From NCBI GenBank assembly GCA_049840655.1, contig JASGJX010000049.1, forward strand, positions 143,570 to 207,569: a stretch of DNA of 64,000 nt, in the 5' to 3' direction. The position numbers and the translations under genes are program-made. The stretch is from Chryseolinea sp. (lineage in GTDB: Bacteria > Bacteroidota > Bacteroidia > Cytophagales > Cyclobacteriaceae). This document shows, one piece after another, positions 41,343-50,837 of this stretch; within the stretch, counting starts at the first letter, position 1, and every line of letters begins with the position of its first letter. The notes under the pieces were generated by a model. That model searched no databases and was not told the origin of the DNA. It worked only from the letters and a program-made list of their open reading frames with translations.

Positions 41343-42567
41343 GATCGCGCAGCTCTATATCCATTTTCAGCCTTTCACCTTTTCGGCTCAGCTCGAGGCG
41401 AACGCGTTTGCCCGGCTTGCTGTTCAGCAGCCCGTTCATCATGTTAAGGTCAAGACTTTGAGCAGGAATCCCATTCAAGGTGAGAATGATGTCCCCAACC
41501 ATGATGCCACTCAACTTCGAAGGTGACTTGTCCCGAACCTCCATCACTTCGAATGTAGTAAGCTGAGAACCTTTAGCTTTCAGAGTGATACCACTGAGGT
41601 TATAGTAGAAATTCTTTTTGTATGAAGAATTCTTCTTGAGATAAACCTTCTCTGCAGGGAAGTTGAAGATGACAACAAATCGGCTCAGGATTTCTCCACC
41701 AATCGCACCATTTCTAAAAACATTTCCCACCTTGATGCTGTCCGTGTAGCTGTTTGGATCGGGGAAGTTGGCGATTGCCTTATCAAGCTTGTAATTTCCA
41801 ATACTGATCGATCCAATGCGGCCAACCTTCCCAACAATTTCACCACCAAGTCCGCGACCGATCAAACTGCTCACTGAATTCTCTGGAACCTGAATAATGT
41901 CGTCTGAGGTCGGCTCCAGCATCAAACCATGACTTGCCCCGGAGTCCATCAAAAGTTTGGCCCTTAATGTCTTGCCGTTTTGAAACACAACGTTCGCATT
42001 GACGTATGGCTTGGTGTCTTCTATAGTTATAGGTATGGCTTGAAATTTCCTCGTCTTGTGAAACTTCTCAGGCAACATCAAGGTCAATACCTTCTTCTCA
42101 TAGTCGATCTGAATGATAAACCTGCTGAATAGCTCATAGCCAAGAATGCCATGAACATCCGTGCCCAGGTAATTTCTTAACTCGAGATAGTCCTGGCCGA
42201 GAACAAGCATAGCATGTCCTCTGCCCGATACCCCCGGTAATTCAAGCGAAACGTTATTGGTAACGTACGCATCAACAAGGTTCACACCGCCAGGACCAGA
42301 AATGGTATACTTCCTGGAATAGGGCAGGTTCAAAATATCAGTAAAGGTCTTTTGAGTGAGAATTGTGGTTCGTACGCCCGTGTCCAGAATGAACTTCAAT
42401 GGCAAAGCGTCGTTCAGCACCACCGGCACCACAACAAGATTGTTATGGATCTCAATGGGGATATGAACCTTCTTTTTACCACCAGCAAGCTGAAAGCCGA
42501 GGTTCTGACCCCGTAGGCTCGCGAACGACAACACAGCAAGGAACAAAATCAGAATTGACCTGATCAT
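41335..42567 (-). CDS. Retropepsin-like double aspartyl protease with C-terminal PDZ domain
   Basis: FILDTG and LMDSGA, GILGY, SPSKLSGIMVGDII. Confidence 0.88.
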   Translation of the reverse strand: MIRSILILFLAVLSFASLRGQNLGFQLAGGKKKVHIPIEIHNNLVVVPVVLNDALPLKFILDTGVRTTILTQKTFTDILNLPYSRKYTISGPGGVNLVDAYVTNNVSLELPGVSGRGHAMLVLGQDYLELRNYLGTDVHGILGYELFSRFIIQIDYEKKVLTLMLPEKFHKTRKFQAIPITIEDTKPYVNANVVFQNGKTLRAKLLMDSGASHGLMLEPTSDDIIQVPENSVSSLIGRGLGGEIVGKVGRIGSISIGNYKLDKAIANFPDPNSYTDSIKVGNVFRNGAIGGEILSRFVVIFNFPAEKVYLKKNSSYKKNFYYNLSGITLKAKGSQLTTFEVMEVRDKSPSKLSGIMVGDIILTLNGIPAQSLDLNMMNGLLNSKPGKRVRLELSRKGERLKMDIELRDPI

Positions 42568-42623
42568 AAATCGGAGCCCGATGGTCGAATATAGAATAAA
42601 TTTGATACAGACTTTGTGCGAAG

Positions 42624-43163
42624 TCAGACGAGTGAGCTAAATCTACCCACGAGTTCCTCGGGAGTTTTTTCGATCACCAACAATTCCAGATTGCCCAACT
42701 TCAAAAATCCCTCTTCAGCCATTTTACGCATTTGGGCGAGAAGTGGACTAAAAAAATCCTTAACGTTCAAAATTCCGATGGGCTGTGTAACGAGTCCGAG
42801 CTGACGCCAGGTAAGTATTTCAGCAAGTTCGTCCAGTGTACCCCATCCGCCAGGCATGGCAACAAACGCGTGTGAAAGCTCCGCCATGCGCTGCTTACGC
42901 AAATGCATCGTATCGACAACTTCCAGCGTGGTAAGGCCGAGATGAGCAACTTCCCGACGCATAAGAAAATCCGGAATAACCCCTATAGCCTTTCCGCCCT
43001 GTTCCAAAACAGCATCGGCAACTATTCCCATCAAGCCAACGTTACCTCCACCATAGACCAAAGTGTGTCCCCCTTTGGCTAGTTGAATGCCCAATGCCTT
43101 CGCTGCCTCCGCATAAACGGGGTCAATACCGGATGCAGAGCCGCAGAAAACACAGATGTTCAT
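42624..43163 (-). CDS. LOG-family (TIGR00730) nucleotide phosphoribohydrolase
   Basis: YGGGNVGLMG, MHLRK, PGGWGTLDE. Confidence 0.93.
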   Translation of the reverse strand: MNICVFCGSASGIDPVYAEAAKALGIQLAKGGHTLVYGGGNVGLMGIVADAVLEQGGKAIGVIPDFLMRREVAHLGLTTLEVVDTMHLRKQRMAELSHAFVAMPGGWGTLDELAEILTWRQLGLVTQPIGILNVKDFFSPLLAQMRKMAEEGFLKLGNLELLVIEKTPEELVGRFSSLV

Positions 43164-43188
43164 GGATTGGAGCGCCCCAAAAAGGCGG

Positions 43189-43308
43189 TCAGAACTTGTT
43201 GTCGTGCTTGTTCTTGCTCACCTTGTTGTTAGGAAAAACCCAGGGTGAAACGATTGCAAGAATGAAAAGTGCGATCACGACGTAAAATGGCCACCAGTCT
43301 AAACTCAT
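43189..43308 (-). CDS. Putative 39-aa single-TM protein (below the ORF-track cutoff)
   Basis: MSLDWWPFYVVIALFILAIVSPWVFPNNKVSKNKHDNKF*, ending 25 nt before the LOG start. Confidence 0.5.
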   Translation of the reverse strand: MSLDWWPFYVVIALFILAIVSPWVFPNNKVSKNKHDNKF

Positions 43309-43427
43309 AACTAGTTAGTTTATGAAGGGGTAAAAATAGCCCGAATGGAGCTATTTTTTGGAACATTGCACCAAAATTTATTTAGTTTAAAATCCTTTGA
43401 ACGAGGAGCCCGTTCAAGCCACTAGTC

Positions 43428-43988
43428 ATGAAGAGATTTTTGATAGTTACCGGAGTTGCCGTTGCCGCTTTGATCGTGCTGGCAGGTGTGACAAGATTTT
43501 TGGTCAATAAACACGAAAAGTCCTTCAGCCCCGAAGAAAACATCTCCTATAAACAGGACGACGTCAATATTCACGTTTTCTACAACCGCCCCTTCAAAAA
43601 AGGCCGCGAGATCTTCGGCGCCCTGGTGCCCTATGGCGAGGTTTGGCGCACAGGTGCCAACGAAGCCACAACCTTCGAAACTAACCAGGACCTGCTCATA
43701 GAAGGGAGAACACTTCGGAAAGGGAAATACACCATTTGGACAATTCCGAATGCGGAAACCTGGACCGTTATTTTCAACTCCGAATATGGCCAATGGGGTA
43801 TCGGCCCGGATGGTCTGGCCAATCGTGACGCACATCGCGACGTCCTGTCTCTAGAAGTCCACGCGGTGCAAACTGATCGGGAGTTTGAACAGTTTACTAT
43901 CTCCTTCGAAAAGGTTGGCGAAGATCTGGAGATGGTGATCATTTGGGACAAGACACTGGTTGCTGTTCCGATCAGCTTCAAACGCTAA
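43428..43988 (+). CDS. DUF2911-family protein
   Basis: YNRPFKKGREIFGALVPYGEVWRTGANEAT. Confidence 0.92.
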   Translation: MKRFLIVTGVAVAALIVLAGVTRFLVNKHEKSFSPEENISYKQDDVNIHVFYNRPFKKGREIFGALVPYGEVWRTGANEATTFETNQDLLIEGRTLRKGKYTIWTIPNAETWTVIFNSEYGQWGIGPDGLANRDAHRDVLSLEVHAVQTDREFEQFTISFEKVGEDLEMVIIWDKTLVAVPISFKR

Positions 43989-44040
43989 TCAAATCGATCC
44001 CATCTAAATCTTCTATTGCGAGTAGACCAACCGTAGCAAC

Positions 44041-45639
44041 CTACGGACGTTTTACCAACGCCTTAACGGCAAACTTCTTTTCTCCCGGTGTCGTTGATGG
44101 CACGGCTGACGTCTTGTACGTGAATCGCTGAGGATTTCCTCCCTGATTTGTAATGTACGTGATAATCTGCTGAGCGATCGCCGGCGTGCGATCATTGTGA
44201 TACACCGTCCTGATCTTCACAGTGTCCTGCTGCGCTGCAAGTGTGGAATCCCCTTCAACCTGCTGAAGTCTGATCGTATCCATGCGGACTTCCGTCAAAT
44301 CAACGGTATTGCGAATGGAATCCTCAGCATAACCAGTCATCGAAATCTGGATCTCAAAATTAAGTTGAGCATTTGCCTTCGAAACCCGGATGAGGCGCTT
44401 GAGTTCGTCTGATGCAGCAACATCAAGAGCAGAACTGCCCGCGCTCAAACTTACCATCTCAAGCGGGATTTCATCATCCGCAACGGGCTGCCTAAGCGTA
44501 ATATTAACCCGTTCACGCTGAGCAATCTTATCACTGCCCGTGAGATCAAATACTCTGGAGAAAAACGTCCAGTTGCTTTGCTCCGGATCTACATCAAATT
44601 CATACAAACTTCCCTCGGGTATATAGAATTTATAGCTTCCATCAGCACCCGGCCTGCCTCTGTAAATGCGTTTGTTCGCCGTTCTGTCAATCACAGAAAT
44701 GTAAGACGGAACAACGCCATTGGCGGGGTCCTTAACAAACCCTTCGACTTTCATTACACCTCTTGGTTTGAGGTTGGCCGGAAAAAGGAATTCAACCAAT
44801 TCGTTATTGTTTCTTGATCCTGGAACATCCCGAAGAAGATAACGACCCAGTGCTGCAACACTTACAAACTGATCATCACGCGAAGTGTTAGTGAAATCCA
44901 TGGCCACAGGATCGCTCCAGCTTCCGTTTACAAGCTTGCTCATGTAGAGATCCATGCCACCCTTGTTACCGGGCATCTTGTCAGACGAGAATATCAGCGT
45001 CTCATTGTCAGCGAGGATCCGTGGCGTTTGTGAATTACCCGTATTAATCGATGCAGGCAACTCAACAGGTTCCTCCCACTGTCCATTGGGCTTCTTCTTA
45101 GAAGAGAAGAGCTTACAGCCACTGGCCGACTTTTGATCCATCTTATCGCAGCGCATGAAGTAGATCGCTGACTCATCTGTAGTCAGAGATGGACAACCAT
45201 CGTTCGTCTTTGAATTTATCGGCATCAGAAAGTTCTGGGGTTCACTCCACGTGGAGCCCTTTAATTCTGAAACCATGATATCGTATCCACCTATGATCGG
45301 CGCTTTCATGGCTGTGAAATACATCTTCTTTCCATCAGCATTAAGCGCAAAACCGCGAAGGTAAATCAATCGATGATTAACCTGCTTGGGGAGCGGAACA
45401 GGTTGCACCCAATCCGTTTCCCTCGACGTATAGGAAACGATCAGTGTACCATCTTCACCATCGTTCGATACAAACAGTAAGGCGTTGCCGTCCGAAGAAA
45501 TGTACGGCGCATATAAACTTAGCGATGGGTGATTGATGATACCCGGAAGCTTACGCGATTGAACCTGCGCGAAAGAAAGAGTTGAAACGGACAGCCCGAT
45601 CAGGATGAGCGTGATGGAACGCAACCTTCGAATGTTCAT
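44041..45639 (-). CDS. Secreted PD40-repeat protein with a degenerate OmpA-like C-terminus
   Basis: PYISSDG, GGYDI, INSKTNDGCP, GGMDLY, WSDPV repeats. Confidence 0.75.
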   Translation of the reverse strand: MNIRRLRSITLILIGLSVSTLSFAQVQSRKLPGIINHPSLSLYAPYISSDGNALLFVSNDGEDGTLIVSYTSRETDWVQPVPLPKQVNHRLIYLRGFALNADGKKMYFTAMKAPIIGGYDIMVSELKGSTWSEPQNFLMPINSKTNDGCPSLTTDESAIYFMRCDKMDQKSASGCKLFSSKKKPNGQWEEPVELPASINTGNSQTPRILADNETLIFSSDKMPGNKGGMDLYMSKLVNGSWSDPVAMDFTNTSRDDQFVSVAALGRYLLRDVPGSRNNNELVEFLFPANLKPRGVMKVEGFVKDPANGVVPSYISVIDRTANKRIYRGRPGADGSYKFYIPEGSLYEFDVDPEQSNWTFFSRVFDLTGSDKIAQRERVNITLRQPVADDEIPLEMVSLSAGSSALDVAASDELKRLIRVSKANAQLNFEIQISMTGYAEDSIRNTVDLTEVRMDTIRLQQVEGDSTLAAQQDTVKIRTVYHNDRTPAIAQQIITYITNQGGNPQRFTYKTSAVPSTTPGEKKFAVKALVKRP

Positions 45640-45887
45640 GGTCTAAAAATAATTAATTGTATTGCAATCGGCCCATCCTGAGCGACCAACTACTTTTCAT
45701 TCCTGTGACTGACTGTCAAACGCCGGCACAATAATGCTATTGCTGTCACTTTCAGACATTTCCGACTGGTGCTCACCACGCAACCGGTTTGGCACATGGT
45801 CGCTATTCTCTTGCAGATTTTGGAAACGGTCGGCACATTTTTGAACGCGGAATAGTAATTTTATATCTTGGAACGCGCTCCATCACC

Positions 45888-46628
45888 ATGATACAAGTTA
45901 TTCCATCAATAGCAATCCGGCGAGGCAAAGTCGTTAAAATGCGAAAGGGTGATCCCGCGAGCGAAAAGGCGTACGATGAAAATCCGCTTGACCTGGCAAA
46001 ACGCTTTCAGGATCATGGTATCGAGGTGATCCACCTGGTCGATCTTGATGGCGCAGAACGAGGAAGCCCTGTTAACTGGCATGTTCTCGAAGCTGTATCC
46101 GGATATACTGATCTTAAGATTGATTTTACCGGCGGTATCTCAAGCGATGGAGACATCAGCAAGGCATACGAGTACGGCGCAGATTACATAACAGCAGCCA
46201 GCGTTGCCGTTACGGATCCCGAGTTGTTCGCGTCATGGATAATTTCTTATGGTCGCGAGAAGATGACACTCGGTGCCGATGTTGTTGATCGCAAGACAAA
46301 AGAACTTCTGTATCGCGGATGGCGCACCAAATCAAAAGTGACATTGTTCGAACATCTGGACTATTTCTTCTCGCGCGGACTTAAGTATGTTAAATCGACT
46401 GACGTATCGCGCGATGGTGTCATGGAAGGTCCTGCCTTTGATTTCTATCAGGAGATTATCGATGCATTTCCCGAGATGTGTGTGCTGGCGAGCGGCGGTG
46501 TTCGGGGCATGGACGACATCAAGAGACTGAACGATATGGGCGTGTTTGCCGTGATCTTTGGAAAGGCATACTACGAAGGCATTCTTGATCTGAAGGATGT
46601 CGAATCGTTCCTCGTCAATAAAGGTTAA
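45888..46628 (+). CDS. HisA-family TIM-barrel protein (divergent)
   Basis: HLVDLDGA, TDVSRDG, ASGGV, GKAYYEG; N-terminal PSIAI instead of PAIDL. Confidence 0.8.
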   Translation: MIQVIPSIAIRRGKVVKMRKGDPASEKAYDENPLDLAKRFQDHGIEVIHLVDLDGAERGSPVNWHVLEAVSGYTDLKIDFTGGISSDGDISKAYEYGADYITAASVAVTDPELFASWIISYGREKMTLGADVVDRKTKELLYRGWRTKSKVTLFEHLDYFFSRGLKYVKSTDVSRDGVMEGPAFDFYQEIIDAFPEMCVLASGGVRGMDDIKRLNDMGVFAVIFGKAYYEGILDLKDVESFLVNKG

Positions 46629-46833
46629 CATCACCGTGTTCAACAGCGCAGCGGATTCTGTGCGCGACGTTCTCCGCCATTTTAGCTTCATTGCTGTTTA
46701 CTGACCGCGGTCGTTTGAATGACGGCATTACATTCGCACCACCGTATTAGAATTGCACAATGGAATATTCTAACGTACAGGGTACGCGCAATCGAACAAT
46801 CAAAAGGTAGATTTTGAAAAAGAACCTTAGTCG

Positions 46834-47199
46834 TTAGTCAACGACATCCTGCATCTTGTATTTCTCGAAGATGTAGTAAAGGAAGTTGAAAGAAAGGATA
46901 GAGTCGTCTTCCTGAGAGGCTGGCTTAGCTGTAGGCTTAGGGGCATCAGCTTTAACTGTCTTGGAAGGTTTTACAGCGGCAGAATCGCGTGAAGTGACGG
47001 AAACAACGTGAATCTTGTTATTTACCATCGGATCCCCTTCACCTCCATAGATAACGCGCTCACGATTGTGCTCGCTTTCAGAATCTACGGTTTCTACGGC
47101 GGGATAACTGGCGTCCTGGGCTCTGGCCGACTGAACAATAACTGTCGCCAACATGGCGAAAAAAATCGTGAGGAGGAGTTGGTGACCTTTGATCTTCAT
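46834..47199 (-). CDS. Secreted hypothetical protein
   Basis: Signal peptide, low-complexity linker, C-terminal SFNFLYYIFEKYK. Confidence 0.65.
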   Translation of the reverse strand: MKIKGHQLLLTIFFAMLATVIVQSARAQDASYPAVETVDSESEHNRERVIYGGEGDPMVNNKIHVVSVTSRDSAAVKPSKTVKADAPKPTAKPASQEDDSILSFNFLYYIFEKYKMQDVVD

Positions 47200-47353
47200 G
47201 ATTTGAAATGCGTGTTCAGGACCGCAACCAGAATATACTGGTTCTGAAAATTACAAAATAATAATGGTTCTACCAGCCCGACCGTCTGTGTAATCTTCTG
47301 TAATGTGCCTTTTCTGCCCAATTTTGCCGAATTTACCTGCAAAAACCGACAAA

Positions 47354-47701
47354 ATGACGATTGCACCCCCCATAAACTGGGCCGATTTCGAGAAGGTTGA
47401 TCTTCGCGCTGGTACAATAATCAAAGCGGAGCCATTTCCAGAAGCCCGTAAGCCCGCATACAAGTTATGGGTGGATCTTGGGGCCGAAATAGGCATCCGA
47501 AAATCGAGTGCCCAGATCACTAAACATTATCAAATTGATGACTTGATTGGCCGGCAAGTAATCTGCGTTATAAATTTCCCACCTAAACAGGTCGCTAACT
47601 TCATCTCAGAAATACTGGTAACAGGATTCTCCGATGAAGACGGCGCTATTATATTATCCGATATCGACAAGAAAGTGCCGAACGGCGCGCGATTGATATA
47701 A
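47354..47701 (+). CDS. tRNA-binding / CsaA chaperone (OB fold)
   Basis: [29 protein letters not shown]. Confidence 0.9.
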   Translation: MTIAPPINWADFEKVDLRAGTIIKAEPFPEARKPAYKLWVDLGAEIGIRKSSAQITKHYQIDDLIGRQVICVINFPPKQVANFISEILVTGFSDEDGAIILSDIDKKVPNGARLI

Positions 47702-50133
47702 TGATCAGGTTCTCAGAACTTCCTCAACTGCTCAATGGCAAACTTCTTCACCTTGAAGATGATGCTGAAATTGAGACTATAAGCATCGACAGCCGTAAAA
47801 CGGGAACAGCGAAGAGCGTTCTGTTTCTGGCCATCACCGGCGATCGCCACGACGGCCATCACTACCTTCAGGATCTCTACAACTCCGGCCTCCGGAATTT
47901 CATCGTCGAACGCGACATAGACATCAGGTCGTTTCCTCACGCGAATATTTTGCGCGTCGGTTCTTCCGTCACTGCGCTGCAAAAAATGGCCGGGTTTCAT
48001 CGCCACCAGTTTGATATCCCGGTGATTGGTATTACGGGAAGCAACGGTAAAACCATCATTAAGGAATGGCTGGGTCAAATGCTGGCGCCAGACTTTGTTG
48101 TTGTCAAAAATCCCGGCAGCTATAACAGTCAGGTAGGCGTACCGTTATCCGTGTGGCTCATGAAACCGTATCATCAGATCGGAATCTTTGAAGCCGGCAT
48201 CTCGAGACCGGGAGAGATGGAAAAGCTTGCTCCGATAATTGATCCGACTGTCGGTATATTTTCTAACATCGGATCGGCACACGACGAAGGGTTTTCAAAC
48301 CGACGCGAAAAGATTTCAGAGAAGCTCAAACTGTTTGAGCGCGCAAAAGTACTCATCTATTGCCGCGATCACACAGAACTCCATGAGCAGATCACATTGA
48401 CATCGTTTTTGACTTTCACCTGGGGCACCGATCAGAATTCCGACATACAGGTCAGCTACGGTTCAAATGTTGTTAATGTAACATACAAGGGGTCGGCGTT
48501 TTCATTTAATACGCTCTCCCTCGACAAAGCATCAGTTGAAAATACGCTGCATTGCATAGCCACACTGTTGTGGCTGGACTATGATGCCGCCCGCATCCAA
48601 AAACGACTTTCAGGACTTCGCGTTGTGCCGATGCGCCTGGAACTCAAAGAGGGCATCAACAACTGCCAGATCATCGACGACACATACAATAACGACCTGG
48701 GAAGTCTCGAGATAGGTTTGCAGTTTCTGTCGAGTCTGCAGCAGAAGCGAAAGCGCCGCGCCATTCTTTCTGATATCCTTGAGTCAGGACTCGATGAGGC
48801 TGCACTGGCTGGTTCCATCGCGGACGTTATTCGCAGATACAAGATTCATAACCTTGTTTGCATTGGTCCTGCCCTGCAACGCCATCGCGAAAAATTCCCG
48901 ACCGCGACGCTATTCTTCAACGACGCACAACACTTTCTCGATCAGTTCGACTTCACCTCACTTGACAATGAAGTCGTGCTGGTAAAAGGTGCCCGGAAGT
49001 TTGCATTTGAACGGATCGCGGCTCGTCTTCAGAAGAAAGTTCATGGAACAGTGGTCGAGATTGATTTTGGTGCTCTCGTTCACAACCTCAACTATTTTAA
49101 ATCACTGTTGAATCCGACGACGAAAGTTATGGTCATGGTGAAAGCTTTTGCATACGGAAGCGGTAGCACCGAGATCGCTAACCTGTTACAATATCATCAG
49201 GCAGATTACCTTGGCGTGGCATACGCCGATGAAGGAATCGATCTTCGTAAGAATAACATCACGTTGCCCATCATGGTGATGAATCCATCGGAGGAAAGTT
49301 TCGATGCTATGCTCAAGTTTAATCTCGAGCCAGAGGTTTATACGATACGAATACTTCGTTCATTAGCAACCTACCTTAGCGGTGCCAGCTGTAATGTTCA
49401 CGTCAAGATTGACACGGGCATGAAACGCCTCGGCTTTAGTCCTGAAGAGCTGCCCGAATTGCTGGCGCTATTGCAGGAGCATCCGAACATCCGTGTTGCA
49501 TCAATATTCAGCCACCTTGCAGGTGCTGACGAATCAGCTCACGATGAGTTTTCGCAGCAACAGTTTGATACATTTATAGAAGCTTCTTCAAAGATCATCA
49601 GGCAAATCGGCTATCAGCCTCTTCGTCATATTCTGAACACGTCAGGAATACTTCGCTTATCTCGTTTTCAGCTGGACATGGTGCGCCTGGGGATAGGGTT
49701 GTACGGCGTTGATCCTACTTCAGAACTTCATGGTCTGAAGACAGTCGTCACGCTCAAAACGATCATTTCGCAGATTAAACACATCAGAAAGGGTGAAACT
49801 GTTGGGTATGGAAGAAGAGGGCTTGCAGATCGCGATACTACAACCGGCACCATTGCCATCGGTTATGCCGATGGATACAGTCGCGCGTTTAGCCGTGGCG
49901 TTGGTAAAGTACTGGTTAACGGAAAACTTGCCCCTGTTATCGGGAATGTTTGCATGGATATGACCATGGTCGACCTCACAGGAACGGGAGCAAACGAGGG
50001 TGATGAGGTAATCATTTTTGGCAAAGATCTACCCGTGAAAGATCTTGCCGATAGCGTGAACAGCATTCCTTACGAAATTCTAACCAGCACCAGCGAAAGA
50101 GTTCGCCGTGTATTCGTAACGGATTCCATCTAA
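47701..50133 (+). CDS. alr: Bifunctional MurF / alanine racemase fusion
   Basis: ITGSNGKT Mur domain; MVKAFAYGSG, KIDTGMKRLG, VCMDM racemase motifs. Confidence 0.93.
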   Translation: MIRFSELPQLLNGKLLHLEDDAEIETISIDSRKTGTAKSVLFLAITGDRHDGHHYLQDLYNSGLRNFIVERDIDIRSFPHANILRVGSSVTALQKMAGFHRHQFDIPVIGITGSNGKTIIKEWLGQMLAPDFVVVKNPGSYNSQVGVPLSVWLMKPYHQIGIFEAGISRPGEMEKLAPIIDPTVGIFSNIGSAHDEGFSNRREKISEKLKLFERAKVLIYCRDHTELHEQITLTSFLTFTWGTDQNSDIQVSYGSNVVNVTYKGSAFSFNTLSLDKASVENTLHCIATLLWLDYDAARIQKRLSGLRVVPMRLELKEGINNCQIIDDTYNNDLGSLEIGLQFLSSLQQKRKRRAILSDILESGLDEAALAGSIADVIRRYKIHNLVCIGPALQRHREKFPTATLFFNDAQHFLDQFDFTSLDNEVVLVKGARKFAFERIAARLQKKVHGTVVEIDFGALVHNLNYFKSLLNPTTKVMVMVKAFAYGSGSTEIANLLQYHQADYLGVAYADEGIDLRKNNITLPIMVMNPSEESFDAMLKFNLEPEVYTIRILRSLATYLSGASCNVHVKIDTGMKRLGFSPEELPELLALLQEHPNIRVASIFSHLAGADESAHDEFSQQQFDTFIEASSKIIRQIGYQPLRHILNTSGILRLSRFQLDMVRLGIGLYGVDPTSELHGLKTVVTLKTIISQIKHIRKGETVGYGRRGLADRDTTTGTIAIGYADGYSRAFSRGVGKVLVNGKLAPVIGNVCMDMTMVDLTGTGANEGDEVIIFGKDLPVKDLADSVNSIPYEILTSTSERVRRVFVTDSI

Positions 50134-50336
50134 CCGCAGCCGAGGTTCTTTTTTAGATTTCTGTTTGGCAGGCCGCCGAAATCAAATGGCTTAGGCTCCT
50201 CATCCGCTTCCTCTGCGGGTTTGGACTTTAAGGCCTCAGCCGCGTTCGCGGACTCTATCGGGCCCGGACTTTCACCGGTACCCTTTACGAGAGGTGCCTT
50301 GTCGTCCTTCTTATGATTGCTGCTTGATTTGCTCAT
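50130..50336 (-). CDS. Small hypothetical protein
   Basis: 68-aa ORF ending DFGGLPNRNLKKNLGCG. Confidence 0.5.
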   Translation of the reverse strand: MSKSSSNHKKDDKAPLVKGTGESPGPIESANAAEALKSKPAEEADEEPKPFDFGGLPNRNLKKNLGCG

Positions 50337-50555
50337 GACCAATTCAAAGTATCTGCGGTTCTGAAACAGTCGCATAGACTGTTGCCACACAATGGATTCT
50401 ATAACTTTAAAACAATGGATTCGAAAATGGCGTTCCCTTGTTCTGAATACGTTTGAACGCGTTGGTTTTCATAGCTTTCCACGACCACTCTTCACAAACC
50501 CTGTCCCCAATGGCCGAAACTGCCATAAATCATTGCACGCGACTCCAACCCCCTC

Positions 50556-50588
50556 TATATTTGCCTTGTTTAAAATCAATCTAAATAG
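50556..50588 (+). promoter_or_regulatory. feoAB promoter -7 box plus putative iron-repressor operator
   Basis: TATATTTG (50556-50563) then imperfect palindrome TTGTTTAAAATCAATCTAAATAG (50566-50588). Confidence 0.55.
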
Positions 50589-50594
50589 CCCCGC

Positions 50595-50819
50595 ATGTCC
50601 CCAAGTGTGGCGCAGATGCGCCCAGGTGAAGTAGCAATAATTTCCGGATTTTCTGATGAGGAATTGTCAGTGAAACTGATGGAAATGGGTTGCCTTCCCG
50701 GAACATCAATTCGCTTCAATTTCACGGCGCCTTTTGGTGATCCAGTATGCGTGAGCGTGGCAGGATATGATCTTTCACTTCGGCTCGAGGAGGCCGCAGC
50801 CATCTCGATCCTGAATTAA
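50595..50819 (+). CDS. feoA: Ferrous iron transport protein A
   Basis: KLMEMGCLPG, APFGDP, LSLRLEEA. Confidence 0.93.
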   Translation: MSPSVAQMRPGEVAIISGFSDEELSVKLMEMGCLPGTSIRFNFTAPFGDPVCVSVAGYDLSLRLEEAAAISILN

Positions 50820-50837
50820 CGATCTCACCCTTCATCA

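Noticed and set aside
47701-50133. MurF-Alr fusion as a novelty
   Set aside because: Well-known Bacteroidota fusion
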